Positions 10,811-21,398 are shown, counted from the stretch's first letter. The stretch is 64,000 nt of DNA from an uncultured candidate division Zixibacteria bacterium (GCA_963702205.1 OY969724.1:1024001-1088000); one strand, 5' to 3'. Notes: generated by a model from the sequence alone, not told the origin. A program made the numbers and translations.

Positions 10811-11278
10811 TTATTTCTTTATTTGCCGGTTCCTGAGACGATTGGCCAGCCGCACATCTAATGAAGCTTTGCCACCGCCCACAATGAGCAGAAAAAGGCA
10901 GCCAAATAGCATCGAAAAATCGGTACGAGCCTCATGCGCCATCGACCAGAAACCCTTCGACAGGAGTATAGGAATTTTGGTAGAGACAATGGCGACCATC
11001 ATATTAATAATGAGGGAAATGGCTGCAAAGCGTGTAAACAGTCCCAGGACCAGCAAAAAGCCGCAGACAATTTCAACAACACCGACAAATGGCGCGAAGA
11101 AATGCGGCGCGGGAATCCCTATGGCTATGAAGCGACCAACACCTAACCTGTCAGGGTAGACGAATTTCTGTATACCCTCGGACAGGAATACGAATCCGAC
11201 GACAAATCGAATCAACAATGTGGCAATCGGCGCTTCAGTTTTTAAAAGTCGATCAAACATATTATTTATACTATCCAT
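10811..11278 (-). CDS. DoxX-family membrane protein
   Basis: LIRFVVG.VFLSEGIQKF...EIVCG.LLVLGLFTR...G.GKASLD. Confidence 0.88.
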   Translation of the reverse strand: MDSINNMFDRLLKTEAPIATLLIRFVVGFVFLSEGIQKFVYPDRLGVGRFIAIGIPAPHFFAPFVGVVEIVCGFLLVLGLFTRFAAISLIINMMVAIVSTKIPILLSKGFWSMAHEARTDFSMLFGCLFLLIVGGGKASLDVRLANRLRNRQIKK

Positions 11279-11291
11279 ACTTTCTCAGTTG

Positions 11292-12098
11292 TCAAAAAGT
11301 CCGGTATAAAGACAGATAAAATGAGAACCGATTTTGATCCGGGTCCTGCAAGTCGCGACCGACGGAAAAGAGGACCTGGTATGGTTCTTCGATGGTTATC
11401 CCACCGCCGAGAGATACTCCGGTACCGGCCGAAGCGCCATCAGCGTCCGGCGTTTGGTGATACACCTCCGCCCCGAGAAATATCCGATCATTGATTTGAC
11501 GCTGCACCAGCCACCCGGCAAACCACCAGTTTTGATTACCATCGCCCGGATTGATCCAGTACCCACCCCCGCCGTACGTCGTCCAGGATTCGGTCTCTTT
11601 GCCCAGCCAGACGGGCAGAAATAGCTGCGCTTTCTGACTCCCCAGACCACGGTCCTCATCGCCGGTGGGCAATACCAGTATCGGGAAAATTCCAGTTTCC
11701 GGGCGGCGATCCGACTGTTCGAGAAAACGCCATTTAAAACCGAGTTCCAGGTCACCCATTCCATAGGCCGACTTTTCGCCCGAGGTATGGTTGAGCGACA
11801 AGGGCGCGATTAGATGCAAAAACGTACTTTTCATGAAACTAAAGTTCGCTTCAATCGCCGGGGCGGCATCTAAGACGGTTCCATCGATAGTCTTCGACCC
11901 GGCCGTGAACAGGTAAAACTCTCCAGTGTGAAGCGGCAACGGAAAGGGGTCGTCGGTTTCAAACGGCGGCCCCGCCGAGACCACTGACGAAAACGCCCAA
12001 AGCGTTGACAATAGTACTATCTGTTTGATTTGTCGTGATGAGTTCAGGTCAACCTCTCCTTCAGGCCCGAAATTTCTGTTATTCAGAAACGAAAGCAA
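11292..12098 (-). CDS. Putative outer-membrane beta-barrel 'transporter' (MetA-pathway/phenol-degradation-like); true start probably downstream of 12098
   Basis: Signal-like segment then GPPFETDD; GMGDLELGFKWRF; PTGDEDRGLG; C-terminal Phe. Confidence 0.7.
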   Translation of the reverse strand: MLSFLNNRNFGPEGEVDLNSSRQIKQIVLLSTLWAFSSVVSAGPPFETDDPFPLPLHTGEFYLFTAGSKTIDGTVLDAAPAIEANFSFMKSTFLHLIAPLSLNHTSGEKSAYGMGDLELGFKWRFLEQSDRRPETGIFPILVLPTGDEDRGLGSQKAQLFLPVWLGKETESWTTYGGGGYWINPGDGNQNWWFAGWLVQRQINDRIFLGAEVYHQTPDADGASAGTGVSLGGGITIEEPYQVLFSVGRDLQDPDQNRFSFYLSLYRTF

Positions 12099-12107
12099 TG
12101 CTTCATA

Positions 12108-14753
12108 TCATTCATATTTTTTTAAGAGCGATTTAAACCTCGGGATAGTTTGAAGAGGAGCGAAGATGGGATCGGCTCGTAATAACGCCGGTGAGCTTCT
12201 GCCCGGAATGGACAGATGATACGAAAGCTCGTCGATGGCAGAATCGTAGTCTCCAATAATCGTGTATATCTGGGCCATGACCATGACCGCATCCGGTCCT
12301 CACAGGTGGCACTGATCGACCGACATTATTTCCTTCCCCCTCCTGCCGGCCCAGATTGCCGAATCGGGTTTGCCCAGATATGCATAGGCGAGACCCAGTG
12401 ACGAAAAAATGTTGAAATTAAAAGCCCCGTTGTCAATTACGTTCTTTAAAGTTGTCTTACAGGAGTCATAGAAAATATAGGCCGAATCCTTATGACCGGT
12501 CAATTCGTAAATTTGGGCAATGTTCATGTACACCCGGTATAAGACACTTTCGTCTTCGCCTTTGCGGAGTTCCGCAATCATGCTACTCGGATCGACCCTG
12601 TTTATTATATATCGCCAAAGACCCGGTGCCGAAGAAGGAAACATCTCATAAGACGCCACGTGTGCTGCCCCGACTTTCCCTACGATATCCTCAAAGGTCC
12701 TGTTATCTGAATCGACTCTTCCATCTTTCAGCAAATTCAGCATGATTCTCCAATATATCATGTCGGGATCGTCCGGCGCCAGGGCCAGACCGCGTTCGAC
12801 ATTTCTTTCGGCATTGTCATATTCCCGTCTCATGGAATAATACATAAACAGCCAATAATAACGCCTGACAGAAAGAGGATCGAGGCGGGCCGCCTCATTG
12901 AAATACTTCAAGGCCATGGGCCAGTTGCCTTGACGCATTTTAACCACGCCGATTTCCTCGGAAAGATCGGCGTTGCCGTTAATCTCCGATTCTGCCTTTA
13001 CGAATTCATTTAAAGCTTTTTCATAATCGTTATTGAAGTAATTATGATAGGAACCTAAAGCGATATGTCCGTCAGGAAGATTCGGATTTAATGCCAGTGA
13101 TTTTTCTGCCGCGTCCAGCGCGGCCGAAATATTTTGATTCGTTTCGTCCGTAGCGGGCCGGCCGAATTCATATTCTGTCAGGGCGATTGACTTTTTCGCC
13201 CAGGCCTGGGCGAACATGGGATCGAAAATAGTCGCGGAGTCAAACATATACACCGCCCCATGAAGATTGGCCTTGAAAATCCCCTCGCTCATAATTTCCA
13301 GCCCTCTTAGATAGTAATTGTACGCCTGCATATTCGATGTGGGTGCATAATCGGGAGCATTCTTGCCGGTATCCAGTAATGAAAGACCGAGAGCCGTGAC
13401 GATCTTATCGGCAATCATGGATTGCACATCAAAGACCCGCACAAGTTCCAGCTCGAAATTATCCGACCAAACCATATAGCCGTTAGATGTCTTGATTAAT
13501 TTGGGTGTGATGCGAAAACGGCTCACCTTTCCTGATTTATCCCAACGAATGGTCGCGTCCAGGACATATTCAGCCCCGGTTTCCTGGCCAATTCGTTCTA
13601 TACTTTCATCGGTATTCTGATACCTGTCGGCACTCCGCGGAGACAGGACGCGCAGCCCGGTGACTGCGGAAAGCCGGGAACTGATTTCCTCCCTTATTCC
13701 AACCGAGAAATATTCATCCGATGGATCTCCGAGATTATCGAAAGGCAGTACAATAAGTACCGGCGGATCAGACTTTGCTGTTTTAAACTCTGCTTCTTTC
13801 TTAAATGCAGTCGACATCAAATATATGGCTGCGATTATGGCGATCCCGGCAGCTCCGATCCAAATCCATTTTTTATTGCCTTTTTTTTGAGGTGCAATCT
13901 CAAACCTTTTGATATCGGCCAGCATTCCATCGGCGGTTTGGTAGCGCATCGACGGATTCTTGGCCAAGGCCTTATCGACAATTCTCTGGATTTCGTTGGA
14001 AACTCCCGATTTAAAGCGGGCTATGGGTTCGGGAATCGAATCAATGATAGCCAACGCGATGGTCGCTTCGTTATCTCCATGGAAAGGACGATTGCATGTT
14101 AATAGTTCATATAGTATAACACCGGTGGAAAAAAGGTCGGCGCGCTTATCAACTTTGCCGCCATTGATCTGTTCCGGGGCCATATATCCGAGCGTGCCGA
14201 GCATTGTCCCAGTTTTTGTCAGTCTTTCCTCTCCCACGATTGTCGCCAAACCAAAATCCAGTATGCGAGCCCGGCTCGCCTGATCTATAATGATATTTTC
14301 CGGCTTAATATCTCTATGTATAATTCCGGCGTTGTGGGCCTCCTGTAAACCATTGCATATCTGCCCGGTTATTTCTAAGATCTCCGATAACGACAGATTG
14401 CCCTTTTTTATTACATCACGGAGTGATCTGCCTTCAATGTGAGCCATGACAATGTACGGTCTGTCTTTGAAATCACCGACTTCATAAACAGGGACGATAT
14501 TGGGGTGGTCGAGTTTGGCAGCCGCCTGTGCCTCACGGATGAAGCGCATCTTCATATTTGCATCGGCAACAAAATTAGCCGGCATGAATTTTATGGCAAC
14601 ATTTCGGCCGAGCTTGGTATCGTCGGCCAGATAAATCTCTCCCATCCCACCGGATCCTATTTTTTTTATTATCCGATAGTGATGAACCATCATGCCGGGC
14701 GCCAAAATTAAATGAGCATTGGTCTGCTCGTCGTCCGGAGTCATTCCAGCCAT
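12108..14753 (-). CDS. Hanks-type Ser/Thr kinase - TM - TolB-like - TPR protein with an in-frame UGA at 12300-12302 (candidate selenocysteine)
   Basis: GSGGMG, VAIK, HRDIKPEN, DFG, APE; TM; VLPFDNLG; TPRs. The frame continues 63 codons past the UGA (GPDAVMVMAQIYTIIGDYDSAIDELSYHLSIPGRSSPALLRADPIFAPLQTIPRFKSLLKKYE*). Confidence 0.85.
12273..12299 (-). promoter_or_regulatory. Candidate bacterial SECIS element
   Basis: UGA, then 11 nt (GGACCGGAUGC), then stem GGUCAU/AUGGCC with a GGUC loop; geometry and loop resemble the E. coli fdhF SECIS. Confidence 0.6.
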
Positions 14754-15127
14754 TAATCCTCTATAGGGTTGAGAGTTTTGCCATATTGCTTTGGAATTGT
14801 AAGATAATACGCCGCATCGGCCCCGTTGAAGTGACTTTTTCTTTTGAATATGCTATGTGACACCACGGCAAGGCATTAAGAAACTATTTATATCCCACGT
14901 CGGTTAGAAATGCCCGAAAAATAGTCCCTAAATGGCCGCGGCTTCCGAACTGGTCAGCAATGTGGCAATAATCGTGCCTTCGCTTTGGCCCGGAAGTATA
15001 AATAGGCTCGATTTCAAATAAAAGTCCTGTTGCAGGAATTTCACAGTTTCTTCGGGGTCTATAGACAGCGAGACTATCGACCGTTTGAGTAATGCTATAT
15101 TACTATTGAAAGTTAGTCGGACTGACT

Positions 15128-15367
15128 TCAGTTGCTCGGCTTCAGGCTGTCGATCACGGCCGTCGAAACCCAGTAGACTTCGTTTGTATCCGCGCTGATT
15201 CTGCAGTAAAACAAATAATTGCCGTCGGGCGTTAAAACGGGACATACCTCATTGTGCAAAGAGTTGACGGTATCGCCCATGTTAATCGCCGGTATCCAGT
15301 TGCCGTCGGCTTTCGACGCCCCCCTTGCTCTGAAGAACCCTTCCCGGCAGGGAAAGAAAATATCCAA
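15128..15367 (-). pseudogene. C-terminal remnant of a TolB/PD40 (WD40-like) repeat protein
   Basis: W..AINMGDTVNS.HNE.CPVLTPDGNYLFY...VYWVS; no N-terminal part or signal peptide. Confidence 0.6.
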
Positions 15368-15553
15368 CGTGCAGATGGACGCGAATTAACAGTTGATACA
15401 GGCTCGGCTATTGGAAAAAGGGAGTATATCGTTCTGAACTATTGATTCCGGATATTTCCCCAAAAATATTGATTTATCGATAGTATTTTAACAGGAATCC
15501 CCCCTCCTGAAGATATATAAAAAAACGTCATATCGAGTCTGTCCTGCCTCGAT

Positions 15554-17035
15554 CTATTTTATGAGGACCATTTTCCTCGTATCATAAAAATCATCCGTTT
15601 TCATCCGGATAAAGTAAATGCCGGAAGATACTTCGCCGCCCCAACTGGATTGTCCATCCCATTCGATCGAATAGACGCCCGCCGATTGAGATTCGAACTG
15701 CCAGTGGCGAACGGCCTGCCCGAGAATGTTGTAAACAGTCAATGTTACCGCCGCGCGCCGGGGCAATGTATAATTTATTCTGGTTGTCAGGTTGAAAGGA
15801 TTGGGATAATTTTGCGACAGGGCATATCCTGATGATATACCGATCGGGTCGTCGTCATCAACCGGTGTGGCATCGCCACCTAATTTTGCGATATATATAT
15901 CTGAACCACCGTTCGAATAGGAATAACTATACCCCAGAACGATATAATCCTGCGCCTGATCCTGGAAAACCATCCGGCCGAAGTCGGATTTTGACCCGCC
16001 ATAATTAAAGCCCCAGATCTGATTGCCAAATATGTCCGTCCTGATTGCATAAATATCGACCGATTGCGCGCCGAACGATTCGGTTGTACCTGTGATGATG
16101 TATCCGCCACCGCGCAATGGGGAAATCGAATATCCGTGGTCATCATTGACTCCGCCGAAAGTCTTCTCCCATAAAGGTACGCCCGAAATGTCGGTTTTTA
16201 TCAAATATACATCCGAATATCCGGCGCCGTATGAGGCGGTGCTCCCGACAATAATGAGTCCGCCGTCCTGGGCGACTTCGACATCGCTTCCAAAATCAGC
16301 TTTGTTCCCTCCGAGAGCAACTGCCCACAGGGAATCTCCTGAGGATCCGACCCTGACCAGATAAATGCTGCTGTACCCTTCTCCAAAAGAACCGGTTGAT
16401 CCGACCGCGATGTATCCGCCGTCGGCAACTTCCCTGACCGCACTGCCGGATTCACCCCCGGTACTTCCGAACGTCCTGGTCCAAAGAGTGTCACCGTCGA
16501 CATTTGTACGGATCAAATAGAGATCTGAATAGCCCGCTCCACTGGATGATGTCGTGCCACATATAATATATCCGCCCCCGGTGACTCTGACCGAACATCC
16601 TTCATCATCTTCCGCTCCTCCATAAGTCCGTGACCACATAACCTCCCCCAGAGAATCGACTTTAAGCAAATAGACGTCACGCTTGCCATTGCCGAAGGAA
16701 CGGGTCGAACCCACCAGGATAAAGCCACCGTCCGGAGTTTTTTGGATATCGTAGCCATATTCGGTCAAATCGCCGCCGTATGTGGCCGTCCAGATTGTAT
16801 CACCAACTGAATTCAACTTCAGAAGGTACATGTCAAAATCACCGGCACCGAAAGAATAAGTGCTTCCAAAAACAACATAATTACCATCATCAGTTTGAAC
16901 TGCGGCGTTCCCCAGCTCATTATATGTGCTACCTATATTCGACTGCCAGACCAGATTCTGTCCTGATAATGCCAAGGGCAAAATTATAATGACTATTATT
17001 GGCGAGAATATTATTTTGATAAATCTGCAACTCAT
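15554..17035 (-). CDS. Secreted repeat (beta-propeller-like) protein with FlgD-Ig sorting tail
   Basis: Signal peptide; about 7 repeats W..TYGG...DGG.I..GST.SFG.G..D.YL.K; LSQNYPNPFN...RKMVLIK. Confidence 0.85.
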   Translation of the reverse strand: MSCRFIKIIFSPIIVIIILPLALSGQNLVWQSNIGSTYNELGNAAVQTDDGNYVVFGSTYSFGAGDFDMYLLKLNSVGDTIWTATYGGDLTEYGYDIQKTPDGGFILVGSTRSFGNGKRDVYLLKVDSLGEVMWSRTYGGAEDDEGCSVRVTGGGYIICGTTSSSGAGYSDLYLIRTNVDGDTLWTRTFGSTGGESGSAVREVADGGYIAVGSTGSFGEGYSSIYLVRVGSSGDSLWAVALGGNKADFGSDVEVAQDGGLIIVGSTASYGAGYSDVYLIKTDISGVPLWEKTFGGVNDDHGYSISPLRGGGYIITGTTESFGAQSVDIYAIRTDIFGNQIWGFNYGGSKSDFGRMVFQDQAQDYIVLGYSYSYSNGGSDIYIAKLGGDATPVDDDDPIGISSGYALSQNYPNPFNLTTRINYTLPRRAAVTLTVYNILGQAVRHWQFESQSAGVYSIEWDGQSSWGGEVSSGIYFIRMKTDDFYDTRKMVLIK

Positions 17036-17095
17036 TATCGTTACATCATTTTCCGTGTCGACTGTTTAATTTTTGAACAGCCGTTTCTATGGACA

Positions 17096-17122
17096 GTATC
17101 GGATTCCACCCATAACACTTTA
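17096..17122 (-). promoter_or_regulatory. Sigma-28 (FliA)-like promoter
   Basis: Minus strand TAAA-N15-TCCGATAC versus consensus TAAA-N15-GCCGATAA, about 60 nt upstream of 17035. Confidence 0.5.
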
Positions 17123-17444
17123 GCCCCATGGTTAAATTTTGAGACATTTAATTTGGAGTAAGTCAAATGGAATAAAGTGATTAAGACCCTTTCCGGCTAA
17201 TATGCCGGGCCTGATCAGACGTCTCAGCAATGATCGGTAGACTGTATCTTGTTGATAGTTATTATATTACGGCGGCGATTATGGGCTTTCTCCAATACTC
17301 GGGGTCAAATGAATTTCAATGTCCGGTATCGATTCTAATATATCTGCATGTACCACATATAGTTCCAATAAAGCACTCGGTATGGCATCCCGCTTGCCCC
17401 AATGGTATAGAAAAGAAATTGCGGTCCCTAATGGGGAGGAATAT

Positions 17445-17969
17445 ATGCTTAAGAGACAATGCCTCTTTATGCTGGCAGCTATAATTATGGCTATTAATCC
17501 CAATCCTGTCACGGCTCAGGAATACGGCACAATTCAGGCTACTGCAACGGTCCTGCAGGCCATAAGTGTGAGGGGTAACCATGATCTGATGTTTGAAACG
17601 GTTATGCCCGGAACGCCAAAAACTGTTGATAAAGCCACGACAGGGCGCGCCGGGGAGTTTGAAATCACCGGCTACCTATCGGCGGAAATAAGTATCGATT
17701 TTACGCTGCCGCCTGCCCTGCTGCTCGATTCAACGGCCGCCATGCCAATCAGTTTTAGTAATACTGACGCCTCATATGATGATGGCAGCGGAGGCGGGCA
17801 GACGACACCCGTGGCGTTTATCAACCCGAATGGTCCGTTGACATTAAGATTGGGCACAGGCGGACAGATGCTTCTCTGGATCGGAGGCACCGTCGATCCG
17901 GGTATTACCCAGACCGGCGGAGATTACGCCGCCGATATTACATTGACCGTAGCGTATACCGGTAATTAG
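17445..17969 (+). CDS. DUF4402-like putative pilin subunit 1
   Basis: GGAGG RBS; signal peptide; IQATATV N-terminal strand; DL.F..V; C-term GGTV.P...Y.ADITLTVAYTGN. Confidence 0.75.
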   Translation: MLKRQCLFMLAAIIMAINPNPVTAQEYGTIQATATVLQAISVRGNHDLMFETVMPGTPKTVDKATTGRAGEFEITGYLSAEISIDFTLPPALLLDSTAAMPISFSNTDASYDDGSGGGQTTPVAFINPNGPLTLRLGTGGQMLLWIGGTVDPGITQTGGDYAADITLTVAYTGN

Positions 17970-18083
17970 GGTCAAAAAATGCAAGATAATTCCGATTTGT
18001 CCCGGCAAGACGATTAGCCTTGACAAAAGCCGGAATGGCAGTACTTTCAGTACTGAATTACCTGTTCAGTATTGAGGTCTGTC

Positions 18084-18497
18084 ATGTCGGTGAAAATCGG
18101 CTTGCTTTTCGCTATATTATTGGCTTTTCTGACTGGTGCCCGGGAAGCAGCCGCGCAATCGGGAGTTTCGGCTCAAATCAGGGCAACCGCGACAGTGGTC
18201 GTGCCGGTTGGGTTTTATGATGATTTACCTGAGTCTTCCGGGGATGACGCTGTTGGCGGGAATCTTACCGTTATTAATTTGTGTTATCCAAAACAGGCCG
18301 GGATACTGGTTGATATCGGCAATGATAGAGGGATCATCAAACAATACCGCTTTCCGGCTAAGACGTGGGACGATCCTTCGGGAGGAATCAGTACGGTTCA
18401 CTTAAATTCGATTATACTGGAAAAAGCTGTTCTTTTTCATGATGGCAATGCTTTACGGGGCTCTTGTTTTATCACGCTGATATATTCAGAAAATTAA
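18084..18497 (+). CDS. Divergent pilin-like / adaptor subunit
   Basis: Signal peptide; shares N-terminal IRATATVV and C-terminal ITLIYSEN pattern with neighbours. Confidence 0.55.
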   Translation: MSVKIGLLFAILLAFLTGAREAAAQSGVSAQIRATATVVVPVGFYDDLPESSGDDAVGGNLTVINLCYPKQAGILVDIGNDRGIIKQYRFPAKTWDDPSGGISTVHLNSIILEKAVLFHDGNALRGSCFITLIYSEN

Positions 18498-18569
18498 TTT
18501 TCCTCCAAAAAAATATTGCCCTGATTGCTTGAATTTCAATAATTATCTTTTGTGATGTGGCCAATCGAT

Positions 18570-19040
18570 ATGAGAAAATTAATAATTTCGATCAGTTTTT
18601 TAATTTTGCTGTCTTTTCCCGAAGAAGGTTGCACGCAAAATATCGTGATAAACAATGATCTTACTTTCGGCGATGTCTTTCCGGGAATTCCAAAGACCAT
18701 TTCAAAAACCACGCCCGGTTCAGCCGCAGAATTTTTCATTTCCGGAATGGCTGGATCCGAAATAGCCATAGATTTTACGCTTCCAACCTATATGAATTCC
18801 GGTGGCAATAACATACAAATGGTTTTTCGAGATACCGATTGCGCTCTTGATACCAGCGCCACTCCCGATCAAACGAATCCCGGCAGTAATAATCTGGACC
18901 CATGGCATACCATTACATATAGATTAGGCTCAAATGGGTTGACAATCTGGTTAGGCGGAATAATTGTTCCAAAACTTTGGCAAAAACAGGGGAGCTACTC
19001 GGCGATCATTGTCTTAACGGTTGCCTATACGGGCAATTAG
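18570..19040 (+). CDS. DUF4402-like putative pilin subunit lacking the ATA N-terminal strand
   Basis: NDLTFGDVFPG; WLGG.I.P...GSYSA.I.LTVAYTGN. Confidence 0.72.
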   Translation: MRKLIISISFLILLSFPEEGCTQNIVINNDLTFGDVFPGIPKTISKTTPGSAAEFFISGMAGSEIAIDFTLPTYMNSGGNNIQMVFRDTDCALDTSATPDQTNPGSNNLDPWHTITYRLGSNGLTIWLGGIIVPKLWQKQGSYSAIIVLTVAYTGN

Positions 19041-19228
19041 TCCGCATATACCATAAATTCCATGATTTAGTATTAATTCCATTATAATTATCGCTGCGCT
19101 GCACGATCTTTCTCCTTTTTTTTGCGTGATCATTCAAGAAAATTTCATATTTGACGATTATTCTGCAATAGAAACGGACATTAAACATCTGAATGATATT
19201 TTGGGAAGATAGAATAAAGGAGGTGACT

Positions 19229-19792
19229 ATGCATTCCCATTCAAGGATGAACCACATTTTCAATCGCCTGATAGTAATCATGGTAGCGCTGGTCGTTTTG
19301 GCGCCCGGATTATTAAAAGCACAGGACGTGGCAGTTGGCCAGGCCACCGCCAACGTTTTGGCCGTCCTTAGCGTCACGGCAACACATGATCTGGCCTTCG
19401 GTGATGTCATGCAGGGCGTTCCCCACGTCGCCGACAAGACCGTCATTGCCGATGCCGGTGTTTTTCAGGTTACCGGGGAAGGTGGACAGGAAGTCGCCAT
19501 GTTTCTTCAGTTGCCGGATTACCTTTGGAATTCAACCAATACGGACCGTCTGGTCGTTGCTTTCAGCGCCACCGATGCCGATCTTGATACAACCGCAGCC
19601 GGAACTCCGGCGGCCCATGGTTTGGGCGCAATAGCTGATCAAGATCCGCATGCGCTTCCGGAAACGGCCCTTGGCGGAGCCGACAATATTCTGCAGATAT
19701 TTCTCGGCGGCACGGTGCATCCGACCGTCGACCAGAGAGCGTCATCCTATGATGCCGACATTATTCTGACAGTGGCTTATACGGGCAACTAA
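19229..19792 (+). CDS. DUF4402-like putative major pilin A
   Basis: Strong AAGGAGGT RBS; signal peptide; GQATANVLAVLSV; DLAFGDV; LTVAYTGN. Confidence 0.78.
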   Translation: MHSHSRMNHIFNRLIVIMVALVVLAPGLLKAQDVAVGQATANVLAVLSVTATHDLAFGDVMQGVPHVADKTVIADAGVFQVTGEGGQEVAMFLQLPDYLWNSTNTDRLVVAFSATDADLDTTAAGTPAAHGLGAIADQDPHALPETALGGADNILQIFLGGTVHPTVDQRASSYDADIILTVAYTGN

Positions 19793-19831
19793 TAAATCCT
19801 AACAAACGGGCAACCAGTAGGAGATATTAAG

Positions 19832-20386
19832 ATGCGATTCAGCAAGGATACAAGAAAAGCATACATATTATTGATGGCCGTAGCAATAGCTCTGGCTCCG
19901 ATGGCAGTGATGGCTCAGGACGTTTCCACCGGCCAGGCCACCGCCAACGTTTTAGCCGTCCTTAGCGTCACGGCTACTCATGATCTGGCTTTCGGTGATG
20001 TCATGCAGGGCGTTCCCCACGTCGCCGACAAGGCCGTCATTGCCGATGCCGGTGTTTTTCAGGTTACCGGAGAAGGCGGGCAGGAAATCGCCATGTTTCT
20101 TCAGTTACCGGATTACCTCTGGAATTCAACCAATACAGACCGTCTGGTTATTTCGTTCGGCGCCACCGATGCCGATATCGATACAACCGCAGCCGGAACT
20201 CCGGCTGTCCATGGCGGCGGTGTAATAGTCGACGAGGATCCGCACTATCTTCCCGAGACGGCTCTTGGAGGAACTGATAATATCCTCCAGATATTTCTCG
20301 GGGGCACGGTTTATCCAACCGTCGACCAGAGAGCGGCGGCCTATGATGCCGACATTATTCTGACAGTGGCCTATACCGGCAATTAA
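19832..20386 (+). CDS. DUF4402-like putative major pilin B (tandem paralog of A)
   Basis: Mature region differs from pilin A at about 18 of 156 residues by manual count. Confidence 0.78.
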   Translation: MRFSKDTRKAYILLMAVAIALAPMAVMAQDVSTGQATANVLAVLSVTATHDLAFGDVMQGVPHVADKAVIADAGVFQVTGEGGQEIAMFLQLPDYLWNSTNTDRLVISFGATDADIDTTAAGTPAVHGGGVIVDEDPHYLPETALGGTDNILQIFLGGTVYPTVDQRAAAYDADIILTVAYTGN

Positions 20387-20430
20387 TAAAATATTGTTGT
20401 CGGTTTGGCTAATATTGTTTTAATAGTTTT

Positions 20431-20464
20431 CTTTAAGGCATTCGCTGGAGCGAATGCCTTAAAG
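20431..20464. other. Perfect inverted repeat (16-bp arms) between the pilin and chaperone genes
   Basis: ctttaaggcattcgct-gg-agcgaatgccttaaag; no U-tract follows on either strand. Confidence 0.8.
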
Positions 20465-20511
20465 CGCGAAGTAACATATGGGATCAAAATAAGACATTGG
20501 ATGAGGATAAC

Positions 20512-21384
20512 ATGGAGAGAGAATTATCCAGCCTTCGAAGCGTAATTAATAAGCACGTCCGGAGAATTTTTGTTTCAATCACGCTTATTTTAATTTCATT
20601 TTCTGCCGGCTTTGCCGGAGTTCTGGTAGCCCCGACAAGTGTTTTTATGTCGGAATATGACCGCACCGGTCGCATTACCGTCCAGAATCCATCTGACAAA
20701 CCCAAAGAAATTTCAATTCATATCGCTTATGGTATTCCTGTCTCTGATTCATTGGGCGACGTTCAGATTACGCTTCTGGATTCAGGAGTGACCGACCCAC
20801 ATTGTGCCATGGACTGGATTAAGGCCTTTCCGCAAAGAATCGTTCTTGCTCCCAACTCCTCTCAGGTGATCCGCCTGCGAGCCAATCCACCTAAAAATTT
20901 GCCTGATGGTGAATACTGGGCGCGCATTGTGGTGCGATCTCAAGAGGGACAGACTTCCCTGCCGACGGCTGATGGTGGCGACAAGATTACGGCCAAGCTG
21001 AACATGATAATGCAAACGGCAATAACGCTGAAATACCGCACGGGAAATCTTGTCTCCAAATTGGAGATTATGAAATCTGACATCCAGCAATTCGATACAA
21101 CCGTAATCGCTACCATATCAATGGCTAATCGTGGCAACGTGTCTTATGTCGGAGTATTAACCTGCCGCCTTCTCGACGCCGCCGGCAAAGAAATTTCCAA
21201 GGATGACATGAGTCTTGCAGTTTATTATGAATTAACGCGCCGGATTGAGCTGCCTATTAAAGGCTCGGGCTATACCCGTCCCCTTAAAGTGGAAGTCCAC
21301 ATTACTACGGACGGACGAACCGATATCGCTGACACTGATATGATTACCGGAAATGTAGTGAATTATTCACTACCCGTCCAATAG
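20512..21384 (+). CDS. Fimbrial chaperone-like (PapD-like Ig) periplasmic protein; start uncertain
   Basis: Signal then GVLVAPT.VF; ITVQNPS; FPQRIVLAPNSSQVIRL...PDGEYW; second domain NRGNVS. Confidence 0.75.
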   Translation: MERELSSLRSVINKHVRRIFVSITLILISFSAGFAGVLVAPTSVFMSEYDRTGRITVQNPSDKPKEISIHIAYGIPVSDSLGDVQITLLDSGVTDPHCAMDWIKAFPQRIVLAPNSSQVIRLRANPPKNLPDGEYWARIVVRSQEGQTSLPTADGGDKITAKLNMIMQTAITLKYRTGNLVSKLEIMKSDIQQFDTTVIATISMANRGNVSYVGVLTCRLLDAAGKEISKDDMSLAVYYELTRRIELPIKGSGYTRPLKVEVHITTDGRTDIADTDMITGNVVNYSLPVQ

Positions 21385-21398
21385 GACAGGTCATCAGT

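Noticed and set aside
12300..12302. Genome-wide UGA reassignment (genetic code 4/25) as the explanation for the kinase UGA
   Set aside because: Many genes here end properly at TGA (Rieske, cyt b, nonaheme, recX, response regulators), TGG is used for Trp, and no other gene shows internal TGA.
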